DNA of 64,000 bases. Origin: a virus (lineage: Duplodnaviria; Heunggongvirae; Uroviricota; Caudoviricetes). Shown here piece after piece: positions 37,226-44,408 of this stretch (position 1 is its first letter; each line of letters begins with the position of its first letter). The stretch spans positions 39,743 to 103,742 of IMG/VR virus record IMGVR_UViG_3300012943_000001. One strand, given 5' to 3'. The translations under genes and the position numbers were made by a program. The notes beneath the pieces are model-generated. The model was not told the DNA's origin. It was given only the letters and a program-made list of their open reading frames with translations, and searched no databases.

Positions 37226-39553
37226 ATGAGTTTACAAGCCCTATCTGATTACACAACGCATTCACGCTACGCCCGCTATCTAAAAGATAAAAAGCGTAGA
37301 GAAACATGGGAGGAGATGACCAATCGGGTCTTCGACATGCACGCAAAGAAATTTGCAAAAGCGTTGGAGAATCTAGAGTTCAAAGAAGCCTTCGACTTTG
37401 CGAAGAAGATGGTTTTGAAGAAGAGGGTACTCGGCTCTCAGAGAGCCCTACAGTACGGAGGAGAACCGATTCTCGCCAAGAACGAACGCATGTTCAACTG
37501 TAGCTCTCTTTACATTGATAAGCCAAAAGCTTTTCAAGATGTGGCGTTTTTATTGTTGGCTGGTTGCGGAGTAGGCTTCAGCGTACAAACGCAACACGTC
37601 GCCAAAATCCCATCTATCAGTAAGAGAAGCGAAGATGAGATGGTGTATCAAATTCCTGACTCTGTAGAAGGATGGGCGGATTCTGTTGGTGTTTTATTGT
37701 CTTCGTATTTTGTAGAGGGCTCAACATTCCCCGAGTTCAAAGCGAAGAGGGTGAAGTTTGATTATAGCCTCATTCGTCCTAAAGGAGCGTTGATTGCGGG
37801 TCAATTCAAAGCCCCCGGTCCAGCCCCGCTTAAGAATGGATTGGAGAAAGTTCAGGGATTGATTGAGAAAGTTTTGTCAGAAGGTAAGACGAGATTATCT
37901 CCAATAAATGTCTATGACATTTTAATGCATTGTTCTGACTTTGTAATTAGTGGAGGCTTGCGTCGTTCGGCAACGATTTGTCTTTTCTCCAAAGACGACG
38001 AAGAGATGATTAAAGCAAAGACGGGGAATTGGTTTATCGAGAACCCTCAGCGTGGACGCTCTAACAATTCCGTCGTTCTCAAAAGAGACGAAGTTACCGA
38101 AGAGGAGTTCAATTCCATATTTCAATCTATCCGTCAGTGTGGAGAGCCGGGTTTTTATTTCGTAGATGATTACGACGTTCTTGCAAACCCATGTGTCGAA
38201 ATCGGGTTCTACAATAAACTAAAAGACGGCAGGACTGGAGTTGGTTTTTGTAACCTTACTGAAATCAATGGTAGATTCTGCGACTCAGAAGAGGACTTTA
38301 TGCTAGCCTGCAAAGCGAGTGCTATCATAGGCACCATGCAGTCAGCTTACGACAGCTTCCCATATCTAGGCTCCGTCACCGAAGAAATCGTTCGCCATGA
38401 GAGATTGCTTGGATGCTCTATCACAGGCTGGATGGACAACGCGGAAATCCTGTTCGATAAGCAGATTCTAACCAAAGGAGCAAAGTCGATTCTCAAAGAG
38501 AATGAGCGTATCGCCACCTTGATTGGAATCAATCCTTCTGCAAGAGTTACGTGCTCTAAGCCCGCAGGCTCTACAAGCTGCGTTTTGAGTACCGCCAGCG
38601 GCATTCACCCTCACCACGCACGTAGATATATCCGTAGAGTTCAGGCTAACAAACAGGAATTCTCTCTTCAATACTACAAGAAGATTAATCCTATCGCAGT
38701 AGAAGACTCAGTGTGGTCCGCAAACAAAACGGATGAGGTCATTGCTTTTACGTGCGAGGTTCCAAAAGGAGCTATTACGAAGAACGATATTAACGCCATC
38801 GAGCTTCTAGAAAAAGTCAAGACCGCACAGCAGTATTGGGTGCTCGCGGGTAACGCACCTGAACGTAGCCTCAACCCTGCCGCGACGCATAACATCTCAA
38901 ATACAATCTCTGTTTTTGAAGAAGAATGGGATTCAGTTCGTGAATACATTTTCAAGAATCGTAAATGGTTTGCGGGCATCTCTCTACTTTCCGCGTCTGG
39001 AGATTTAGACTACATGCAAGCTCCATTCGTCACCATCCTAGACGAAAAGGAACTTGTTCAGACGTATGGCCCCGCAACAATCTTTGCCTCTGGCCTAATT
39101 GTAGATGGGTTAGCAGCCTTCAATAACAATCTTTGGGCAGCGTGTGACTGTGCTCTAGGTATTGGAGAAATTCTTGGAGATAAAGAGGAGCCTTCGGAGC
39201 CTATCAAGCCCCGTAGAAAATCATTCAAGACCGAGCTTCAATATAGCGGAGCGTTAGCAGACTATGCTATCTACCTAAATCTATTCTTCCAAAGCAAGGG
39301 AGAGTTCAGAGCTTACGAACTCAAAAAAGATTGGGTCAGAAGGTTTAAGCAGTTCGCCGATAGATACTTTGAAGGCGATTTGAAGAAGACCTCTTATTGT
39401 CTAAAACATGTATCTAGTTGGAAGCTTTGGATTGACCTTAAGAGAGAGACTAAAGTAGTGCCTTGGGAAGATATCATTGAAGATTCGGAAACGTTCGAAG
39501 ACGCCGACAAACAAGCCGCAGTGGCTTGCTCGGGAGGTAAGTGCCAAATTTAA
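37226..39553 (+). CDS. nrdJ: Ribonucleotide reductase, class II monomeric NrdJ/RTPR-like
   Basis: RYAR..RRETW, RMFNCS, GCGVGFSV, SGGLRRSA, NPCVEI, FCNLTEIN, KPAGSTS, C-terminal CSGGKCQI. Confidence 0.85.
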   Translation: MSLQALSDYTTHSRYARYLKDKKRRETWEEMTNRVFDMHAKKFAKALENLEFKEAFDFAKKMVLKKRVLGSQRALQYGGEPILAKNERMFNCSSLYIDKPKAFQDVAFLLLAGCGVGFSVQTQHVAKIPSISKRSEDEMVYQIPDSVEGWADSVGVLLSSYFVEGSTFPEFKAKRVKFDYSLIRPKGALIAGQFKAPGPAPLKNGLEKVQGLIEKVLSEGKTRLSPINVYDILMHCSDFVISGGLRRSATICLFSKDDEEMIKAKTGNWFIENPQRGRSNNSVVLKRDEVTEEEFNSIFQSIRQCGEPGFYFVDDYDVLANPCVEIGFYNKLKDGRTGVGFCNLTEINGRFCDSEEDFMLACKASAIIGTMQSAYDSFPYLGSVTEEIVRHERLLGCSITGWMDNAEILFDKQILTKGAKSILKENERIATLIGINPSARVTCSKPAGSTSCVLSTASGIHPHHARRYIRRVQANKQEFSLQYYKKINPIAVEDSVWSANKTDEVIAFTCEVPKGAITKNDINAIELLEKVKTAQQYWVLAGNAPERSLNPAATHNISNTISVFEEEWDSVREYIFKNRKWFAGISLLSASGDLDYMQAPFVTILDEKELVQTYGPATIFASGLIVDGLAAFNNNLWAACDCALGIGEILGDKEEPSEPIKPRRKSFKTELQYSGALADYAIYLNLFFQSKGEFRAYELKKDWVRRFKQFADRYFEGDLKKTSYCLKHVSSWKLWIDLKRETKVVPWEDIIEDSETFEDADKQAAVACSGGKCQI

Positions 39554-39555
39554 TT

Positions 39556-40068
39556 ATGACAAAAGAACAAAGTAACGTAAAACAATTCATGCAAACGTTT
39601 GGTCAGGCCACGCCTGATAAACCCACAATCCCAGACGAGAAGACACGCGTGCTTCGCGTCAAGCTCCTACTTGAAGAGGTATTGGAGTTGGCAGAGGCAA
39701 GTGGCGTCAAAATCACAAGTGAGATTCCAAAGGGTGAACAAGTCACGGGCGGCAACCTTTACTTTAGCACGAACGATGACGAGGTAAATCTAGTTGGAGT
39801 GGCAGACGCTTTAGCTGATATCGACTACGTTAATCAGGGTGCTGCGGTCGCTTACGGTTTAGACCTAGAGCCGTTCTGTGAGGAAGTCCACTCTTCCAAT
39901 ATGACGAAGCTTTGGAGCCTAGCAGACCTCAACCTCATGCCCCCAGACCATACGTCCGTGGCAAAGGGCGATAAGTACCTAGTGCGTAGACCGGATGGGA
40001 AGGTCGTTAAAGCCCCGTCTTATCGTCCAGCGGACCTCGCGTCCGTCTTGGCAAAACAGACGGCTTAA
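39556..40068 (+). CDS. MazG-like / PRA-PH NTP pyrophosphohydrolase
   Basis: LRVKLLLEEVLEL, VADALADIDYV, EEVHSSNMTK, DGKVVK.P.Y. Confidence 0.88.
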   Translation: MTKEQSNVKQFMQTFGQATPDKPTIPDEKTRVLRVKLLLEEVLELAEASGVKITSEIPKGEQVTGGNLYFSTNDDEVNLVGVADALADIDYVNQGAAVAYGLDLEPFCEEVHSSNMTKLWSLADLNLMPPDHTSVAKGDKYLVRRPDGKVVKAPSYRPADLASVLAKQTA

Positions 40069-40101
40069 TTTGAATTCTGTGGCAGTTGCCGTATAATAGT
40101 C

Positions 40102-40338
40102 ATGCTATCCAATGTTTCCATCATTCACGAGAGTTCCGAAGAGCCCATTCTCACGTTCCTTGACTTTAAGGATAAGGACGACGGCACGATAGATACAGAT
40201 ATTCAAATCGAGGACGACTTCTTGATGGAAGCATGTCATGATTTGACGGCGGAAGAGATGTCAGAACTGGTCCAAGAACTCATTATAAAGGCAACGAACA
40301 AGGAAGATGGGCTTAGACTGTTGATTGAGAAAGCGTAA
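40102..40338 (+). CDS. Hypothetical acidic protein
   Basis: 78-aa ORF behind TTGAAT-16-TATAAT. Confidence 0.55.
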   Translation: MLSNVSIIHESSEEPILTFLDFKDKDDGTIDTDIQIEDDFLMEACHDLTAEEMSELVQELIIKATNKEDGLRLLIEKA

Positions 40339-40976
40339 TGAAGTCTTATATCCAGTCTACGAGTAGGGTTGAAGTAAAGAATTCTTTGAACGGTCATGAT
40401 ACCGTAGGGGTTCCGTTACTTCATTTGAACACGACAGAAATTATTTCTGCCGTAAATAAAGGCATCGCTTTGGTTTTCGCTTCTTCTGGCGATACCAATG
40501 GAGTCGTCTATTACATAGGTACAAACGGTCTACAAGTCGGATTCTCAAACCCGCATCCAGCGAAGATAACCAACTCCGCTTTAAGCGTCACTCAAGGCTC
40601 TGTTACCATTCTTACAGATAGACAAGAACAAGCCTTCTCTACAAGCTCATCTGGTGACAATTGGATTAAGATTGACTTGGGGCCAACACGTACACTTGCT
40701 GTCAATAAATACACACTAAGAAACAGAGGTGAAGGCGGCTGGCATATTCGCAATTGGAATCTCCAAGGCTCCAACGACAATACGACTTGGACAAATATTG
40801 ACGAGAGAACGAACGACTCAACGATTAGTTCGGGCGGAGCTTGGGGAGCGTTCGACACTCCTCTTTCTGGGGCCTTTCGATATCTCCGCGTAATCATGAC
40901 CGGAAATAACAGTTCAGGAAATCGCGAGCTAACTATCTGCGAATACGAGTTTTACGGAATTCTCTTCGAAAGTTAA
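40338..40976 (+). CDS. Discoidin/F5-8C-like domain protein, paralog family C (1 of 3)
   Basis: GDTNGVVYYIGT..NP..W.KIDLG..YTLR..RNWNLQGS.D...W..ID..FRYLR..L.ICEYEFYG. Confidence 0.7.
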   Translation: MKSYIQSTSRVEVKNSLNGHDTVGVPLLHLNTTEIISAVNKGIALVFASSGDTNGVVYYIGTNGLQVGFSNPHPAKITNSALSVTQGSVTILTDRQEQAFSTSSSGDNWIKIDLGPTRTLAVNKYTLRNRGEGGWHIRNWNLQGSNDNTTWTNIDERTNDSTISSGGAWGAFDTPLSGAFRYLRVIMTGNNSSGNRELTICEYEFYGILFES

Positions 40977-41032
40977 ATTTTTCTTTTGACAAAACCCAAA
41001 TTTCTGGGTAACTTATAGTAGTTCTTTTTAAT

Positions 41033-41372
41033 GGGCGTGTTCATGGATTCGCCTTCCGTTGTATTTGAAAGTGGCAAGCAGAAGAATGATTACCGTCTTC
41101 TTAAAAAACGTGGTCAAATTACAAACGACCTTTGTATGCTTAAAGCGTCCTAACCGACCTTTCGTCAACCCATAGAAGCCTGATAAGTGGAGTTTGACGT
41201 TAAACATTGGGCAAAACTATTTACGCTCAGGGTTGTTGGTACAACTAGAGAAAAACTGCCCAGAGTAGGTCGCTCGTTAGCGAAATGGGTTGTACTTAGA
41301 AACGAGACAAGCTTGTAGATGCTGTAGAAGAATACGGGAGATACAGGGGTTCGACTCCCCTCACGTCCACCA
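41033..41372 (+). ncRNA. ssrA: tmRNA (one-piece), predicted tag (A)TNDLCMLKAS*
   Basis: 5' GGGCGTG..GGATTCG pairs with 3' T-arm GGGGTTCGACTCCCC + CACGTCC-ACCA (G3.U70 pair); 340 nt; internal ORF 41121..41153 after CAAATT; upstream TTGACA-17-TAACTT. Confidence 0.92.
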
Positions 41373-41378
41373 ATTTAT

Positions 41379-41888
41379 ATGTTTCACAACAAAAAACACT
41401 ATCCTCAGTTGGCTGTTCTCGAAGACAACTTTGAGGTCATACGCAAAGAGTATGAGCAGATTAAAAAACTGAGAATGTACAAGTGGCCAGAAAAGGAAAA
41501 ATACAAGGGTAGCTGGTCAACTTTTGGACTCTATCATAACGGCAGGAAGTTAAAGACAAGTTCTAAGCAATGTCCGAAGACGGTAGAGTTGATTGAAAGT
41601 ATGGGTAAGGTCGCTATGGCAGGCTTTTCCATCATGGCCCCGGGCACACAGATTCATGCTCACGTAGATAAGGTTCCCACGTTTGTTTATAGGGTGCATC
41701 TTGGTATTGATATACCAAAGGGAGAGTGTAGTTTTTGGGTCAATGGTGCATGTAAAAAATGGGGCGACGGCGAGGCATTTTTATTTGACCCTTTACTGGT
41801 TCATAGTGCATGGAACAGGACCACGGAAAACAGAGTTATTTTACTCTTAGATTTTGAAAGCTTTAATCCGCCAGCCTCCAGACAGTAA
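41379..41888 (+). CDS. Aspartyl/asparaginyl beta-hydroxylase family 2OG-Fe(II) oxygenase
   Basis: CPKTVELI, GFSIMAPGTQIHAHVD (HxD), RVHLGI, W.DGEAFLFD...HSAWN....R.ILLLD. Confidence 0.9.
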   Translation: MFHNKKHYPQLAVLEDNFEVIRKEYEQIKKLRMYKWPEKEKYKGSWSTFGLYHNGRKLKTSSKQCPKTVELIESMGKVAMAGFSIMAPGTQIHAHVDKVPTFVYRVHLGIDIPKGECSFWVNGACKKWGDGEAFLFDPLLVHSAWNRTTENRVILLLDFESFNPPASRQ

Positions 41889-42069
41889 TTCTTCATCATA
41901 TGCAGCGGCCTATGACGCAGCGTATAGATTTAACTACAAATTGTCGTATGTACAAGTTAGGTTTTATATGAAGTACCTTGGCAAATTGCAGTGGACCAAC
42001 TATAAACAAGGCTACAAAGACGGGCACGCCAGAAGAAAAATCCGAAATAGGATGGGCCAAAACTCTTGA
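41854..42069 (+). CDS. Small hypothetical protein
   Basis: Tyr-rich 71-aa ORF, start uncertain. Confidence 0.3.
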   Translation: MKALIRQPPDSNSSSYAAAYDAAYRFNYKLSYVQVRFYMKYLGKLQWTNYKQGYKDGHARRKIRNRMGQNS

Positions 42070-42087
42070 TTACGGGTAAAGATAATC

Positions 42088-42348
42088 ATGAAGTTATGGC
42101 TTACAAAATGTCATGGTGGTCGCTATATGGTTACGTTATTCAAACCAATTATTGCGAGGATTAGAGGAACGGAGTATATGGATGCGTTTGAAAAGGTGGG
42201 AGAACCAATTGCGGTAAAACATCTTTGTGAGCCGGGTATAAAATCCTTGCTCGGCCTGACGCTTGAACCGCTCACTCCAACGAAAATCGAGATAACGGCA
42301 AACGTTCTCGTCACTCTTGAAAAAGAAGAAGATGAAGATTCTAGTTGA
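42088..42348 (+). CDS. Hypothetical protein
   Basis: 86-aa ORF. Confidence 0.55.
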   Translation: MKLWLTKCHGGRYMVTLFKPIIARIRGTEYMDAFEKVGEPIAVKHLCEPGIKSLLGLTLEPLTPTKIEITANVLVTLEKEEDEDSS

Positions 42349-42372
42349 CATTCTTGAAACTCTAAGTATTAT
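42345..42372 (+). promoter_or_regulatory. Sigma70-like promoter for the ncRNA cassette / Ro60 locus
   Basis: TTGACA-16-TATTAT with nested TTGAAA 9 bp downstream of the -35. Confidence 0.6.
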
Positions 42373-42402
42373 AGGTATAGTTCTTTTAAGTTAATTTCAA
42401 AC

Positions 42403-42545
42403 GTCCCATTCTCGGGACTACAAGGAAGCAAGGTAGAGGCGTTCATCGTCATTGCTATATGAAACGCCAACCCCACTGTCGCAAGACAAGGGAGCAGAGC
42501 CCGTAAGGGCGATGACCAGTAATGTTCATCAAACTGTCCTCTCCA
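42403..42545 (+). ncRNA. Candidate novel structured RNA (multi-hairpin, pseudoknot-capable)
   Basis: GTCCC/GGGAC hairpin; GGCGTTCAT/ATGAAACGCC stem; TGTC-GCAA-GACA and GCCC-GTAA-GGGC GNRA hairpins; loop GTCATTGC complementary to GCGATGAC. Confidence 0.6.
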
Positions 42546-42563
42546 ATTTTCTCCTTAAAATTT

Positions 42564-42610
42564 GCCCGACCTTTTGTGGTTCGGAGGTTTGAATCCTCCA
42601 TCGGGCACCA
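42564..42610 (+). ncRNA. tRNA-like minihelix (acceptor stem + T arm + ACCA; no D or anticodon arm)
   Basis: GCCCGA..TCGGGC-ACCA acceptor stem and GGAGG-TTTGAAT-CCTCC T arm, joined by only about 12 nt. Confidence 0.7.
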
Positions 42611-42659
42611 TTTTGGCTTCATCTCTGACGTTTTTCATTTTTCGTCGGCATGAAGCTAA

Positions 42660-42680
42660 GGCCGTAACTATAACGGTCCT
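42660..42680 (+). ncRNA. Exact copy of 23S rRNA helix 69 (GGCCGTAACTATAACGGTCCT)
   Basis: Identical, as I recall the sequence, to E. coli 23S nt 1906-1926; no other rRNA sequence flanks it. Confidence 0.8.
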
Positions 42681-42682
42681 TT

Positions 42683-42723
42683 AAGGCGATTTCGTTTCAT
42701 CACGAGTCGCCTTTTTTATTTTT
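42683..42723 (+). terminator. Intrinsic terminator ending the ncRNA cassette, upstream of the Ro60 gene
   Basis: AAGGCGAT-TTCGT..ACGA-GTCGCCTT stem followed by TTTTTTATTTTT. Confidence 0.75.
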
Positions 42724-42754
42724 AACACTAACACATCAAGGAATAAGGAAACAT

Positions 42755-44317
42755 ATGGCAAAGTTTAATACAAAGTCAAATAGGGTTAAGGCAGCAAAGC
42801 AAGTACGTGCATCCAAGGGTGCGACTAAGAGCAAGGTTGTAATCAATCGTGCGGGCGGCTTTGCGTACTCAATGAAGGATAAGACGGAACTCGTCACGCT
42901 TCTTCTAACCTCATTCGTAGCAGACAGTTTCTACGAAAAGGGTCAGGATACGGCAAAGCGTGTCCAAGAGCTTATCGCAAAAATTCCAGACAAGCAATTC
43001 GTCGCAAAGGCTGCGGTCTACGCACGTAAGACGTTTGGTATGCGTTCCATCTCCCATCTTGTTGCGGGCTTGCTTGCACAAGAGGCATCCATCAAGGGTC
43101 AGGAGTGGACAAAGACCTTCTTCGACAAGGTAGTCCACCGTGTTGACGACATGTTGGAAATCATTTCCTTCACACAGAAGGACGGTAAGAAGCCATTGCC
43201 AAATTCCTTGAAGAAGGGTTTCCGCTCTGCGTTCGACCGTTTCGATACGTACCAATTGAGCAAGTACCAAGCTGACAACGCAGGTTTGAAGCTTGTAGAT
43301 TTGGTGAACATCATTCACCCAATCCCAACCGAGCGTAACAAGGACGGCTTGAACGCACTTATCAATGGTAAGTTGAAGAACCTTACAACGTCTCAAACGG
43401 CGTTGACTAACATTGGTCAGGTCGCCAAGAACGACGAAGAGAAGGCGGAGCTACGTAAGGACTATTGGAAGACCGTTCTAACCAATCGTAAGCTTGGCTA
43501 CACGGACCTAGTTCGTTCCCTTACGAAGATTGCCAAGGACGCACCAGATGCGGTTGATTTGGCGGTCGCAACGCTTACAGACGAAACTCTAATCAAGAAG
43601 AGTCTTGTAATGCCATACCAGCTTTATATCGCCATGAAGATGGTCGAGAAGGAGCTTGGAGCCACCTCTGAGTGCCGTAAGCTTTCTGCGGGCCTAGCAA
43701 AGGCCGTAGACATCTCATGCAACAACGTTCCTACCTTCGGTGGTAAGACCGTAGTTGTCGTTGACCGTTCAGGTTCTATGGATAGCCCGCTTTCCAATGG
43801 AAAGACGGACGTTCTTAAGATGTCTGAGGTAGGCACACTTATGGCGTTGTTCCTTGCACGTAACAACGACACTGACTTCGTTATCTTCGGAGACGACGCT
43901 AAGTATGTTCCTTACAATGCAAACGATTCCATCTTGACATCCGTCAAGACACTCCTTGGTTACAATCAGGGCTATGGTCACGCGGGCAACTACAACGTTG
44001 GTCACGGAACGAACTTCCACGCAATCTTCAAAACATTGAACAAGAAGTACGACCGCGTTATCATCTTCTCTGACATGCAGGGTTGGGCGGGCGGTCACTA
44101 CAGCCTAAATGGCGACATTGACTGGTACGCAAAGAAGTATGGTGCAAGGCCATTCTTGTATAGCCATGACCTTCGTGGTCACGGTTCTCTTCAAATTCCA
44201 GAAGAGAAGACATTCGTATCTGCCGGATTCTCTGAAAAGATTTTCGACGTTATGAAGCTTCTTGAGCAAGACAAGGAAGCGTTGGTCAACTCAATCGAAA
44301 AAGAGGTAACTCTTTAA
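42755..44317 (+). CDS. rsr: Ro60/Rsr TROVE-domain RNA-binding protein with vWA domain
   Basis: INRAGGFAY, AVYARKTFGMRS, FDTYQLSKY, MPYQLYIA, VVVDRSGSM (MIDAS), VIIFSDMQ, AGFSEKIF; strong SD AAGGA. Confidence 0.93.
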   Translation: MAKFNTKSNRVKAAKQVRASKGATKSKVVINRAGGFAYSMKDKTELVTLLLTSFVADSFYEKGQDTAKRVQELIAKIPDKQFVAKAAVYARKTFGMRSISHLVAGLLAQEASIKGQEWTKTFFDKVVHRVDDMLEIISFTQKDGKKPLPNSLKKGFRSAFDRFDTYQLSKYQADNAGLKLVDLVNIIHPIPTERNKDGLNALINGKLKNLTTSQTALTNIGQVAKNDEEKAELRKDYWKTVLTNRKLGYTDLVRSLTKIAKDAPDAVDLAVATLTDETLIKKSLVMPYQLYIAMKMVEKELGATSECRKLSAGLAKAVDISCNNVPTFGGKTVVVVDRSGSMDSPLSNGKTDVLKMSEVGTLMALFLARNNDTDFVIFGDDAKYVPYNANDSILTSVKTLLGYNQGYGHAGNYNVGHGTNFHAIFKTLNKKYDRVIIFSDMQGWAGGHYSLNGDIDWYAKKYGARPFLYSHDLRGHGSLQIPEEKTFVSAGFSEKIFDVMKLLEQDKEALVNSIEKEVTL

Positions 44318-44341
44318 CGGTTAGTTAGTTCTAGTTTATAC

Positions 44342-44371
44342 GGGGCAATCCTTTGGGGTTGCCCCTTTTTT
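44342..44371 (+). terminator. Intrinsic terminator after the Ro60 gene
   Basis: GGGGCAATC-ctttgg-GGTTGCCCC + TTTTTT. Confidence 0.9.
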
Positions 44372-44408
44372 GTGTTTAATTAGTGTAAACTATGTATATC
44401 ATAATGAC

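Noticed and set aside
37159-37226. Cobalamin riboswitch or NrdR box upstream of nrdJ
   Set aside because: Leader is only about 35 nt with no B12-box, and no NrdR palindrome was recognisable.
42423-42430. SRP RNA motif (AGGAAGCA)
   Set aside because: The partner strand (CAGG) and the GNRA-capped helix 8 are absent.
42438-42468. Hammerhead ribozyme (GAAAC plus GGCGTT)
   Set aside because: No CUGANGA core and spacing too short for stems I and II.
42434-42545. Lysine riboswitch (GTAGAGGCG..CGCCAA resemblance)
   Set aside because: Far too short in P2, lacks the loop-E/kink-turn motifs and the conserved GGAG..GCU close; no lysine-related gene downstream.
42564-42610. Complete tRNA gene
   Set aside because: No D arm or anticodon arm; only 47 nt. 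Reported as a minihelix instead.
42665-42690. Intact I-CeuI homing site / rRNA gene fragment
   Set aside because: Sequence diverges right after GGTCCT (TTAAGGCGA instead of AAGGTAGCGA) and no further rRNA sequence flanks it.
44370-44408. Track start codon TTG at 44370
   Set aside because: It lies inside the terminator T-tract; ATG 44409 downstream of GTGTAA is more plausible.
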